Shown: piece after piece, positions 8,789 to 20,490 of the stretch
How positions within the stretch are numbered: the stretch's first letter is position 1
Layout: each line of letters opens with the position of its first letter
NCBI GenBank assembly: GCA_963752475.1
Contig: CAVVYR010000004.1
Span: 64,001-128,000 of the forward strand
Source: an uncultured Chloroflexia bacterium
GTDB taxonomy: Bacteria > Chloroflexota > Limnocylindria > Limnocylindrales > CSP1-4
Length of the DNA: 64,000 bases
Direction of reading: 5' to 3'
Notes under the pieces: generated by a model
Database searches by the model: none
What the model was told of the DNA's origin: nothing
What the model saw: only the letters and a program-made list of their open reading frames with translations
Position numbers and translations under genes: made by a program

Positions 8789-11700
8789 ATGCAGATCATC
8801 GCCGGGAAGCCGGTCTACAGCGCGACCGATCTCGTCGGATTCCTCGCCTGCAACCACCTGACGGATCTCGAGCGCTGCAAGCTGCAGGGCCTCGTGGAGA
8901 AGCCGCACCGCGATGACCCTGAGCTGGACATCATCGTCAAGCGCGGCCTGGAGCACGAGCAGACGTACATCGGCCGCCTCAAGGAGTCCAGGGACGAGAT
9001 GTCCACGACTACTCGGCCGACCGACCGGAGGGCATGCACCCCGGCGAGTTCTACCGTGCCCAGGCCGCCATCACGCGACAGGCCATCGAGCGTGGCGATG
9101 ACGTCATCTTCCAGGCCTGCTTCTTCGACGGGACGTGGCTCGGTTTCGCGGACTTCCTGCTGCGGGTGGACGACCCCGAGGCGCCGCTGGGCTGGTCCTA
9201 CGAGGTCGCCGATACCAAGCTGGCGCACTCGGTCAAGGCCGGCGCCCTGCTCCAGATCTGCGTCTACAACGAGATGCTGAGCGAGATCCAGGGCGTCTAC
9301 CCGGAGCGCATGTACGTCGCGCTCGGAGGCAAGGACAGGGAGACGCAGGAGTTCCGTACCGCGGACTTCCGGGCCTACTTCCGGGCTGTGCGTCGCCGCT
9401 TCCTGCAGTACGCCGCCGGGCCTGAGCCGACCTATCCGCCCGCGCTCCCGTCGTACCCGGAGCCCGCGGAGCACTGCCGTGTCTGCTCGTGGGACCCCAT
9501 CTGCCGCGACCGGCGCCGGACGGATGATCACCTCTCGCTCGTGGCCAACATCACGGCCAAGACGCGGGCCTCGCTCGTGGAACGGGAGGTGGAGACACGA
9601 CGTGGTCTCGCCGAGCTGGAGCTGCCCATGGCGCCGCCGCTTCAGGGCACCCGGCCGGAGGTGCTGGAGCGCGTGCATCGGCAGGCGGAGCTGCAGGTCC
9701 AGGGAGAGGACGAGGACCGCAAGATCTACGAGCTGCTGCCCCCGCACGAAGCGGATGACGGGACGCTGGACACGACCAAGGGCCTGCTGGCGCTCCCGGA
9801 GCCCAACCCCGGTGACCTCTACCTGGACCTCGAGGGCGACCCGTTCATCGGCGATGACGGCATGGACTACCTCTTCGGCCTGCTGCAGCCGTCCGAGGTG
9901 GACGCGGACGGCGAGCCGCTGTTCCATGCCTTCTGGAGCAAGGACGCCTCGGGCGAGGTGACCGACGCCGGCGAGAAGGCCGCCTTCGAGGCCTGCATCG
10001 ACAAGATCATGGAGCTCCTCGAGGAGGACCCCAACCTCCACGTGTACCACTACGCGCCCTACGAACCGAGTCACTTCGGCCGGCTGATGGGCCGCTACAA
10101 CACGCGCCAGGACGAGGTCGACCGACTGCTTCGTGGCGACATCCTCGTGGACCTCTACGGGGTCGTGCGGCAGGGGCTACTGGCCTCGGTCGAGAGCTAC
10201 TCGATCAAGAAGCTGGAGCCGTTCTACGACTTCACCCGCGGCATCGAGCTGCGCGCGGCGAACGACTCCATCGTCGAGTTCGAGCGCTGGATGGAGCTCG
10301 GCAGCCACGGCGATGGCGTGGGCCAGGAGATCCTCGACCAGATCGAGGCCTACAACCGCGACGACGTCGTATCGACGCTGCTGCTTCACCGCTGGCTGGA
10401 GACGCTGCGCGATGAGCTGGCCCGCAAGCGCGGCGAGGTGCTGCCCAGGCCGGAGGTCAAGGACGGCGAGCCCGATGAGGACCTGGCCGAATACCTGCGG
10501 CGCATCCAGGACGTCGCCGAGCCGCTGGTCGCGGACATCCCCGATGACGAGACCGAGCGACCGTGGACCGACGACGAACGCGCGAGGCTGTTGCTCGCCA
10601 ACGTACTCGGCTGGCATCGCCGAGAGCAGAAGCCCGAGTGGTGGGCCTACTTCCACATGCTGGAGATGCCGCCGGACGAGCTCATCGACGCCCGAGAGCC
10701 GCTCGGGGCACTCGAGCTGGTCGGGGTCGAGGATGAGGTGAACCGGACGTACCGCTACCGCTTCCCGCCGCAGGACTTCGACGTGGGTAGCCAGCCGATC
10801 GACCCAGCCAACGGCAAGGCCATGCCGGTCGAGGACGCTCCGACGGACCGCAACGAGATCGTGCTGCGCTTCCCGCGCGGTCGGGAGATCGAGCACCCGA
10901 CGGCGCTCGTGCCCAAGAACATCATCCCCACGCCCGGCCAGGAGGAGCGGCTGCTCGACCTCGGCCGCTACGTCGTGGACCACGGGCTGGAGGGTGACGG
11001 CGACTACCGCGCCGGGCGTGACATGCTGCGCCTTCGGTCGCCACGGGTGATCGGCCACCTCGATGGTGAGCCACTGCGCCACGACGGCGAGTCGGCCGGC
11101 GATGCGGCCCGGCGACTGGTGCAGGTCCTCGACAGCACATGCCTGGCCATCCAGGGCCCACCCGGCAGCGGCAAGACCTGGATCGGCGGGCGCATGATCC
11201 TCGACCTCGTGGCCCAGGGCAAGACCGTCGGCGTCACCGCCGGCAGCCACAAGGTCATCGGCAACCTGCTCGACAACGTGTGGGAGGCGCAGAAGGATCA
11301 CCCAGCGTTCCAGGATCAGAAGGTGCGCATCCGCCAGAAGCCCGGCAACAAGAGCGAGCCCACCTGCGACTACGCGGAGCCCATCTCCCGGGCGGAGGAC
11401 GTGGCGGCTGCCTTCATCGATGGCGCGATCGACGTCGTCGGCGGCACCAGCTGGCTGTGGTCCAGCGCCAAGATCCCGCCGCAGACCGTCGATGTCCTCT
11501 TCATCGACGAGGCCGGCCAGTTCTCGCTGGCCAACGCGCTGGCGGTCTCGGCCGCAGCCTCGTCGGTCGTGCTGCTGGGCGATCCGCAGCAGCTGGACCA
11601 GCCCATCAAGGGCTCGCATCCGCCGGGCGCCGAAGGCAGTGCGCTCGGACATCTGCTCGGCTCGGAGTCGGTCATGCCGGCCGAGCGTGGTCTCTTCATG

Positions 11701-12342
11701 GACAAGACCTGGCGGCTGCATCCGCAGATCTGCGACTACACCTCGGAGGTCTTCTACCGCAGCGAGCTCCAGCCGGAGGATGGCAACGAGCGGCAGGCGC
11801 TCACGGGCTCGGGCCTCGCGGACGGCGAGGGCATCCGCTTCATCGCGGTCGAGCACGCCGAGGCGCGCAACGACAACAGCTCCATCGAGGAAGCTCGAGT
11901 CATCGCTGACGTCGTCTGTGACCTGCTGAACGGTCGGGCCACCTGGATCGACCGTGAGCTCACCACGAAGTCGATCGACCCGCGGGACATCCTCGTCATC
12001 ACGCCCTACAACGCGCAGCGGACGTTGATCAACGCGGAGCTGGCCAGGCGCGGCGAGGCTTGCGCGCGCGTGCCCGTCGGGACCGTGGACAAGTTCCAGG
12101 GTCAGCAGGCGCCGGTGTCGATCTACTCGATGGCCACGTCGCGGCCGGAGGATGCGCCGCGCGGCATGGAGTTCCTCTACTCGCTCAACCGGCTGAACGT
12201 AGCGACCTCGCGAGCGCGCTGCCTGACGCTGGTGGTGGCCTCACCGGCGCTGGTGGCAGCGAACGCGCGCACGCCGCAGCAGATGGTGCTGGCCAACGCG
12301 CTCTGTCGGCTGGAAGAAGTCGCCCGGGAGCGATCGTCATGA
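8789..12342 (+). CDS. TM0106-family RecB-like nuclease + RNase H-like exonuclease + SF1 helicase (frameshift near 9000, probable sequencing error)
   Basis: YSATDL start; GFADFLLR..DTK nuclease motif; HCRVCSWDPIC; LDLEGD and YNRDD exonuclease motifs; Walker A GPPGSGKT, DEAGQ, GDPQQL, GTVDKFQG, NRLNVATSRA. Confidence 0.88.
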
Positions 12343-14196
12343 CGACCGCGGTGGTCACGGGTATCGAGGCCCTGACGCGCGCCGATGACGGCACGCTCGT
12401 CATCCCGGAGGACCGCGAGGCCTGGCGCGAGTGGGTCAGCGCCACCAAGGCGCGCAACTGGCTCAACGACGACCCGCTGCTCGACTGGCTCGACCGTTTC
12501 GGCACGGACAAGGGCTTCGAGCGCGACCAGGAGGCGGAGGGGTTCGACCCTCGCACGGACTTCCGCCCGTTCATCTTCGGCCAGGGTGACGCCTTCGAGC
12601 AGGGCGTGATGCGGCTGCTGGCGGAGAGGCACCCGGTCGCCACCATCGCGGAGACGTGGGAGGACAGCCGCTCGCTCGATGCCGCCGCGGCCACGCTTGC
12701 CGCGATGCGCGACGCCACGCCGATCATCGCCCAGGGCGTGCTGCGGGACCCGGAGCACCGGACCTACGGCGTGGCCGACCTGCTCGTGCGTTCGGACGTG
12801 CTGCGCGAGCTGTTCCCCGATGACATCAGCGAGGAGGACGCGGCCGCAGGGGCGACGTCGCTCTGGCTGCCCGCGATGCACTACCGCGTCATCGACATCA
12901 AGATGCGCACGCTCGACTTGCGGGCCGACGGCTCGGTCGGGCGCTCCGCGGACACGCTCGCCTACCAAGCGCAGGTGTGGGTCTACAACACGGCGCTCGG
13001 GCGCATCCAGGGCTTCGAGCCGCCCGCCGGCTACCTGCTGGGGCGCAACTGGAAGCGACGTGGCGAGCGTGGATCGGGCTGCCTGGACCGGCTCGGCCGC
13101 ATCGACATGGACAACACCTTCGACCGGTATGACGGTCAGAGCCTCTCGTCGCTTGCACAGCAGGCACACCAGTGGATCCGCCAAGTGCGGGCGCAGGGGG
13201 CCGAGTGGGAGGTGCTGCCGGTGCCCACGCGGCCGGAGCTCTACCCGCACATGGGCAACGACTACGACGACCCGTGGCACACCGCCAAGGCCAGGATCGG
13301 TGACGAGCTCGCGGAGCTGACGATGCTGCCGGGCGTGAACCCGCGGCGTCGCCGGGCCATGCACGAGCGCGGGATCACGCGCTGGACGGATTCGGCCGTG
13401 TCGGCGCAGTCGCTGGAGCTGAGCGGCATGGCCGCTCGGATGTGTGAGGCGGTGCTGGCGGCGAACCGGGCCGATGAGCCGGTCGTGCTGCCGGAGCGGC
13501 TGGATCTCGAGGACGACGCCTGGCGCGAGGTCGCGCCGCTGGAGCTGTACGTGGACTTCGAGACGGTCTCGTCGCTGGCCGATGACTTCTCCGCGCTGCC
13601 GGCCGAGGGTGGGCTACCCCTGATCTTCCAGATCGGCTGCGGGCGCATGGAACATGGGGAGTGGCAGTTCGACCAGTGGACCGTGGACCGGCTGGACGAG
13701 CCGTCGGAGGTGGCCATCATCGACGCCTGGGTGGCGCGGGTGCGGGAGCTGTGTGAAGTGCGTGGGATCAAGCTCGACGAGGCACGGCTCTTCCACTGGA
13801 GTCCGGCGGAGACGTCGACGCTGACCACGGCCTACAACGCGGCTCGGAAGCGGCACCCGGAGAACGAGTGGCCGTTGCTGCCGTGGTTCGACCTGCTGGA
13901 CCGGGTGGTGAAGGCGGCGCCACTGGGCGTGACCGGCGCGTTCGGCTACGGGCTCAAGGACATCGCCAAGGCGATGCACGCGATGGGCTTGATCGAGACC
14001 GCGTGGGGTGACGGGTTGACCGATGGCCTCGGCGCGATGGTCGCGGCGTGGCGCGTGGACGAAGCGGTCGCGGAGCTAGGTGGCAAGCTGCTCGACGACC
14101 CGCTGATGCAAGAGGTCGCCGACTACAACCAAGTCGACTGCCAAGTCATGGCCGAGATCCTGGAGTTGGCTGCGCGATCGCGAGGCTACGCGGTGA
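12339..14196 (+). CDS. second RecB-like / RNase H-like (YprB-type) nuclease without helicase
   Basis: ATGA overlap with upstream gene; VSATKARNWL, GVADLLVRSD..IDIK, YVDFET, YNQVDC. Removing one T near 14166 gives EILEWLRDREATR* ending at 14196 (ORF track runs on to 14372). Confidence 0.75.
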
Positions 14197-14660
14197 GGAC
14201 GTCGCGCTGCTCTTCCCCAGGCGGGGCGGCCACCGGGAACTCCCGGGTCAGCCAACTGCGCACGTCATCTGCATCGCTGTATCCGTTCGCCTTGAGGATG
14301 TCGACGATGTCACGGGCGGCGATCACCACAATGGGATGCCCGTCCGACTTGAACTCCTCGTACGCCTGTTGATTGAGGTACGAAGTGGTCACGAGCACGC
14401 CGAACATCCGATTCCGGATGCGCGAAATCAGTCGAGCGAGATCGCGCACGTTGACCGAGTTCTCGAATGCATATCGCTTCGCTTCGAGCGCGAACTCGAG
14501 CCGCACCGGGTCGCTCTCCGGTCCTACGCGCACAGTCCCAAACGCATCTCTTCCACCGTCGCGACTCGGCCGCGTCATCGTGTATTCGATCCTGCCTGCC
14601 TGCATCTCCCACAGCCTCGCAGCGCATGCCTCGAAGTCGGTTGGGTTCTCGAAGAGGTCA
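14186..14660 (-). pseudogene. truncated Mrr-cat / AspBHI-like restriction endonuclease (catalytic C-terminal part only)
   Basis: DFEACAARLWEM..TRPSRDGGRDAFG..FALEAKRY..RLISR..FGVLVTTS..QAY; in-frame stop just upstream, so the N-terminal recognition domain is missing. Confidence 0.7.
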
Positions 14661-14706
14661 TGACCGAAATTCTCGGCTGGCTACGAGTGAACCGCTAGGA
14701 GTTCGG

Positions 14707-17700
14707 ATGACGTCAACCCGAGGTCTCTACGAACGACTGATCTCCGAAGAGCTTGAGGAGGAGCTTGCTCACCTTTCTGACAGGCTGACGATCCAGCGAG
14801 AAGCGATCGATCCGGCCGAGGCCGCTGATCGTCTCGCCCTCTACATCGGACGACTAGTGGCCCGGACCATCGACGGCATTGGGGAAGCCGACCGTCTGGA
14901 CCGAGGGCTTGAGCTCGCGAAGGCGGTGATCGCCACCATGGCGCGTGAGCTTGATGATCGAGCGATTGAGCTGTACACACCCGTCCACGCCGAGACACTG
15001 CTGCGGGCGATCGCTCGTCTTCGACCAGATGGTTCTCCGGAGTCGATCCGAACCCCGGACATCCCGCTCCTCGACACCACCCTGCTCACCAACTCTCCAG
15101 GGGAGACATCCCTTCGGCATCAGATCCTGACCGAGATTGACAGCGCCGACCGGATTGACCTGGTGATGGCGTTCATCCGTCGCAGCGGTACGAGGCCATT
15201 CGTCGATGCGCTGAGGAACCACTGCACGGAGGGTCGGGGCCTCCGAGTTCTCACGACCACGTACACCGGCTCAACGGAGCAGAGGGCCCTCGAGGACCTT
15301 CAGCGCCTCGGCGCGGACATTCGCGTGTCGTATGACAGGAGCTCCACGCGCCTCCACGCGAAGGCATGGGTCTTCACTCGTGAGACCGGATACTCAACGG
15401 CCTACGTGGGATCGTCGAACCTGACCCATTCCGCACAGGTCACCGGACTCGAGTGGAACGTCCGGGCTTCCGAGGCCCGCAACCCGGATGTACTCCAGAA
15501 GATCGCGGCGGTGTTCTCGTCGTACTGGGAGAGCAGCGACTTCGAGCCGTTCGATCCAGACGACTTCCAGGCGCGTACCCAAACGGCTCATGAAGAAACG
15601 GGTACGTGGCTTTCGCCTGTCGAAATCCGACTGGAGCCATTCCAAGAGCGCCTGCTGGAAGAGATAGAGGTCGCTCGTGGACGCGGTCAACACCGCAACC
15701 TCCTCGTGGCGGCGACGGGCACCGGCAAGACCGTCATGGCAGCCGTTGACTACGCTCGACTACGAGAACGCTTGTCGCGCGATCGCATCCTTTTCCTGGC
15801 TCATCGCAAGGAGATCCTTCAGCAAAGCCTCGGCACCTACCGCCACGCGCTTAGGGAGCCGAGTTTCGGGGAGCTCTGGGTGGGCGGGCGCAGGCCAGTT
15901 CACTGGAAGCACGTCTTTGCGTCCGTGCAGAGCTTGAGACAGGCGGACTTGACACTGTTTCCGTCTGACCACTTCGACGTCGTGGTGGTGGATGAGTTCC
16001 ACCACGCAGCTGCGAAGTCTTATCAAGTCGTCCTCGATCACGTTCAGCCGAAGGAACTGCTCGGTCTCACGGCGACGCCCGAGCGCGCCGACGGCCTCCC
16101 GATCTTCGACTGGTTCGAGGGACGAAATCTCGGCCGAGCTTCGCCTGTGGGACGCGATCGATCAACACCGGCTCGTGCCGTTCGTCTACTACGGCATTCA
16201 CGACACCCTCGATCTTCGGGAGATCCCTTGGCGGCGCGGCCGCGGCTACGACATCGAAGGCCTGACGAACGTGTACACGGCCGATGACGCCTGGGCCCGA
16301 TTGGTGCTGCGACAACTGGAGCAGCATGTCGACAGGATCGAGGACATCCGCTGCCTGGGTTTCTGCGTGAGCATCGAGCATGCGAGGTTCATGGCGCGAG
16401 TCTTCAACGAAGCCGGCGTGGCTGCCACAGCCGTCTGGGGTGAGTCGACCGTAGAAGAGCGTGATGGCGCCCTGGAGGCCCTCCGACGCGGCGAGATCAA
16501 CGTCTTGTTCTCTGTGGACCTCTTCAACGAGGGTGTCGACCTGCCTAGAGTCGACACCCTCCTCCTGCTGCGACCGACAGACAGCGCCACGCTGTTCCTG
16601 CAACAGTTGGGACGCGGGCTGCGTCGGTCGAGAGACAAGGCCAGCTGTCTCGTTCTGGATTTCGTCGGCCAACACCGACGAGAGTTCCGCTTCGACAGGC
16701 GACTACGCGCCCTCCTCGGTGGCTCGCGCAAGCATGTCGAACACCAGGTAGAGGAGGGTTTCCCCTTCCTCCCGGCCGGCTGTCACATGGAACTCGATCG
16801 TGAATCGAGCGAGATAGTCCTGGATAACATTCGACGAGCTGTTCCCTCACACTGGGATGCCAAGGCGGAGGAACTGCGTCGCCTGCGCGAGGAGGGTCGT
16901 GGCGACCTCACCGCATTCCTGGAGGACAGCGGCCTAGAACTCGAGGACGTCTATGCGGGCACGAAGAGTTGGTCGGATCTCCTGAAGGACTCAGGCGGCT
17001 CGCTTCTTGAAAGTGGCCCTGCGGAGTCTGCGCTACGCCGATCGTGTGGACGCATGCTTCACGTCGACGATCGCGAGCGGCTGGGAGCCTACCGCCAGCT
17101 ACTGCAGCAGGACAGGCCGCCTACGTTTGGGGAGAGGAGCGATCGACCTGCTCGGCTCGCCCGAATGCTGGTGTCGTCGTTGTTGAACAAGGCGATCAGC
17201 AAGGGAGCAACGCTCGACGAAGGCCTGGCACTGATCTGGGATCATCCGCAAGTCCGTGCGGAGCTGTCAGAGTTGTTTGCATTCCTCGCCGACCGGATCG
17301 ATCACCAACACTTCCGGCTCTCAAGCCATCCGAACGTTCCTTTGCAGGTTCACGCACGCTACACGCGCCTCGAGATCCTCGCCGCCTTCCAACACCGAAA
17401 CAGAGCGAAGGCGCCACCATGGCAAACCGGAGTCCAGTGGGTTGAGGAGGAGAGAGCAGACCTGCTTGCCTTCACTCTGGACAAGACGAACGGACGGTTC
17501 TCGCCGACGACTCGCTATCGCGACTACGCGATCAGTCCAGATCTCATCCACTGGGAGAGTCAGTCGGTGACACGTGCAGATTCGGAAACAGGCCTGCGCT
17601 ATCAGCACCACCGAGAACAGGGATCTGCCGTGATGTTGTTCGCGAGGCTGCAACAGAACGAAAGGGCGTTCTGGTTCTTGGGGCCCGGCACCTATGTCGG

Positions 17701-17794
17701 CCACGAAGGGGAGCGACCGATGGCAGTGACCTGGCGGCTTGAGCGGTCCCTGCCGGGAGATCTCTTCAACTCGTTCGCGGCCGCCGTCGCCTGA
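14707..17794 (+). CDS. PLD nuclease - SF2 helicase - DUF3427 protein (SauUSI-like type IV restriction enzyme); frameshift near 16128
   Basis: RLHAKAW..GSSNLT..EWN PLD motif; ATGTGKT, DEFHH, LTATPER, FNEGVD, QQLGRGLR; C-terminal YRDYAISPDLIHWESQS. Confidence 0.85.
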
Positions 17795-17796
17795 GC

Positions 17797-18948
17797 TTAG
17801 GCCGACTCCCTCGCCTGCCGCGCCCGGTCGACGGGTACGGACAGCAGCGCGATGCCGACGCACACCGCCGGCACCAGCAGCCACGCTGAGCCGATGTCGC
17901 TGAAGTCAGCGATGACACCGAGAAGCAACGGCGCCACCAGGATGGCCAGACCTGCCGCGAGCACTAGACGTGCCGAGGCCGCCGCTGGTGCCTCGGGCGC
18001 AGTAGCGAGCGTGATGGCCGCACACGGCGGATAGAGGATCCCGACGCCGAAGCCGGCCACCGCCATCGCTGCCGCGCTCAACGCCCACGCCCCCGAGAGC
18101 CACACGACCAGCACCGCCACGAACGTCAGCGCCAGCCCGCCGCGGATGATCCACATCGCCTCCAGCCGACCCGCCGCCGGCATCGACATCACTGCCCGCC
18201 CCGCGATCATGCCCGCGATGAAGGCCGAGATCGTGAGCGTGGCATCGGCCAGTGACTCGCCCGTCTGCGCCGCCACCAGCGACCCGCCCCACACGACCAC
18301 GAAGAACTCGAGCCCGATGACCGACACCGTCAGCAGCCACGGCAGCCAGTAGGCCCTCGGCAACCGCTCCAGCTCCCGGCTCTCCACCACCGAGGGTTCG
18401 GCCGAGCGCGACCACCAGACCAGCACCGCCAGCAGCACCAGCACCGGCACGACCACGAACTGCCAGTCGAACCCGACCGCTGCCCCCACCGCGATGGCCA
18501 CCGGCGCCATCAACTGCGAGGCCTTGGCCACGAACGCCCCCCGCGTCAACCGCAAGCGAGCCACCGAGCCCCCGCCGGCCCCGAGTGTATGGGTCACGTG
18601 CCCGAACATCGTCCCCGCCCCCAGGCCCACGCCGAGCGATGCCGCCAACGTCACCGCCACCCCCGGCGCCCACGCCAGCAACAACAGCGAGACCGCAAGC
18701 AGCCCCATCGCCAGCAGGTGCATCCGACGCACCCCGCCCAACCCATCGAACCGCTCCCCGGCCACGCCGGCCACGATCATCCCGACGGCCATCGCCGATG
18801 AGTGCAGCCCGGCTTGCGTCTCGGACAGCGACAGTGCCGCCGCGATGAAGGCAGCCGAAGCCCCCACCACGTAGAAGCTGTAGCTGATCGCGGCCTGGTC
18901 GACGTAGGCACGCCGGACGGCAGGGTGGGGCGCATGAGTGGAGCTCAC
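17797..18948 (-). CDS. MFS transporter
   Basis: about 12 hydrophobic segments. Confidence 0.8.
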   Translation of the reverse strand: MSSTHAPHPAVRRAYVDQAAISYSFYVVGASAAFIAAALSLSETQAGLHSSAMAVGMIVAGVAGERFDGLGGVRRMHLLAMGLLAVSLLLLAWAPGVAVTLAASLGVGLGAGTMFGHVTHTLGAGGGSVARLRLTRGAFVAKASQLMAPVAIAVGAAVGFDWQFVVVPVLVLLAVLVWWSRSAEPSVVESRELERLPRAYWLPWLLTVSVIGLEFFVVVWGGSLVAAQTGESLADATLTISAFIAGMIAGRAVMSMPAAGRLEAMWIIRGGLALTFVAVLVVWLSGAWALSAAAMAVAGFGVGILYPPCAAITLATAPEAPAAASARLVLAAGLAILVAPLLLGVIADFSDIGSAWLLVPAVCVGIALLSVPVDRARQARESA

Positions 18949-19048
18949 ACCCTGACCCTACGCGCCATCCACAGCCACCCGCAGGGCCACAAAGCACCGA
19001 TAAGCGCGAGAGGAGTCCCGGCCAAGGACCCCTCGTCACAGTGGCGCC

Positions 19049-19705
19049 ATGACCACCTACGACGAGCCCCTGGTCGAGACCGCACCGGTCGAAGAGGTCC
19101 TCGCGGCCATCGAATCGGCCGACCTCGACGCACCCTGGGAGGAGCTGGCCCCGAACCTGCGCGTCGCCCTCCCCCGCCGCCGTGACCTGCCAGTGCCCAA
19201 CGAGGACCTGCCCAGGCGTGTGTACCCGCCTGGCATCGAGGCCGTGCTCGGCCTCGATATCGGTCCGGCCATGCTCTTTGTCCCGCACCAGCAGCTGGCC
19301 AAGTGGGAAGTCAGCGTGGACGAAGCCTTCGATCGCGCGCTCGACAACGTCCGCGAACAGGTCGCCGCGCGCAAGCAGTTCGCGCTCATCCACGAGCGCA
19401 TCGCCGATGTGCCCACGCTGGCCTTCCAGTCACGCGACGGTTGGGCATCGCAGCTTCTGCTCCTGCCAGACGAGCTCGTCCGTGTCGTCGGTGATCGCAA
19501 CGGCCTCGTCCTCGCGCCCATGCGCGACCTCGTCATCTGCCTCCCGCTCGACGTGGAGCGCGAGTTCGCCAACTGGCTGCTCGAGGAGTTCGCCGAGGTC
19601 GACATGAACGCGCTCGACATCCCGCCCCTGGCCCTCGTCGACGGCCATCTCGGCCAAGCCGTCGGCGTGCCTGCATCCCTCCGGAGAACCGCCGTCGCCC
19701 ACTAG
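19049..19705 (+). CDS. hypothetical protein (possibly DUF1444-like)
   Basis: good GC3 codon bias; W.VS..E....AL.N and A.P.RD motifs. Confidence 0.6.
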   Translation: MTTYDEPLVETAPVEEVLAAIESADLDAPWEELAPNLRVALPRRRDLPVPNEDLPRRVYPPGIEAVLGLDIGPAMLFVPHQQLAKWEVSVDEAFDRALDNVREQVAARKQFALIHERIADVPTLAFQSRDGWASQLLLLPDELVRVVGDRNGLVLAPMRDLVICLPLDVEREFANWLLEEFAEVDMNALDIPPLALVDGHLGQAVGVPASLRRTAVAH

Positions 19706-19711
19706 GCCCGC

Positions 19712-19729
19712 TATAGCATCGATGCTATA
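19712..19729. promoter_or_regulatory. perfect 18-bp palindrome, probable antitoxin operator
   Basis: TATAGCATCGATGCTATA immediately upstream of the toxin gene. Confidence 0.75.
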
Positions 19730-19744
19730 TTCCAGAACGTCGGC

Positions 19745-20101
19745 GTGACCCGACACCAACGCTTCGACGTCCGCGTGGCACCGGAGGTCGAGAAACGGAT
19801 GCTGGACCTGGCGGAGCGTTCAGGAGCCGCCAGGGTCGAGTCTCGGCACATCAGGGCGGCCCTCTTGCTCCTGGGGTCCATGGGTACGCGAGCGCACGGC
19901 GCAAAGAAGCTGAAGTCGCTCGAGCTGTGGGAGATACGCGCTGGACGGCATCGTCTGTTCTTCACACTGGTGCCCGGCACCAGGCGGCTGGCTGTCGGAG
20001 CACTCATCGCGAAGGACGCACGGAGGATCAGGATGACCAGGCTGAAGCTCATCGAGCGAAAGGTCCACCTGTGGCGCGCCAAGGTACGGGCGGACCGATG
20101 A
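19745..20101 (+). CDS. RelE/HigB-like toxin
   Basis: basic protein; KKLKSLELWEIRAGRHRLFF; toxin-first gene order. Confidence 0.7.
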   Translation: MTRHQRFDVRVAPEVEKRMLDLAERSGAARVESRHIRAALLLLGSMGTRAHGAKKLKSLELWEIRAGRHRLFFTLVPGTRRLAVGALIAKDARRIRMTRLKLIERKVHLWRAKVRADR

Positions 20102-20490
20102 AGCTGGCCGACCTTGACGCACGACTGCTGGCGATCCCCGGATTCAAGGAGGGCTTCGACGAGTCCTATCCCTACTTCGACCTCGCGCTCCAGATCGGGG
20201 GGCTGCGTGCGGACATGGACATGACGCAGACCGAGTTCGGGCGCCTTGTCGGCGTGCCACAGTCGACGATCGCGCGGCTCGAATCGGGCAGGCAGGCACC
20301 GAGCGTCGCGACGCTCAAGCGCATCGCTGTGGCCACCGATACCGAACTGATCGTCGAGTTCCGTCGGCCCAAGCGGAAGCGGCGAGCGAAGTCAGCGAAG
20401 GCTGCGTCATCATCCGCGGGCAACGCACACCCGAGCGAGCCGCTGGCCGCATCCGGCACCGACGATCGACGAGGAGGGGGCGACCGATGA
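20098..20490 (+). CDS. HigA-like XRE HTH antitoxin
   Basis: MTQTEFGRLVGVPQSTIARLESGRQAPSVATL HTH; ATGA overlap. Confidence 0.85.
   Translation: MKLADLDARLLAIPGFKEGFDESYPYFDLALQIGGLRADMDMTQTEFGRLVGVPQSTIARLESGRQAPSVATLKRIAVATDTELIVEFRRPKRKRRAKSAKAASSSAGNAHPSEPLAASGTDDRRGGGDR

Noticed and set aside
8815-11856. Long antisense/alternate-frame ORFs (e.g. 8815-10074, 10177-11856, and similarly 40171-41871, 47256-48770, 54146-55864)
   Set aside because: Shadow ORFs expected at high GC opposite well-supported genes; no recognisable motifs.
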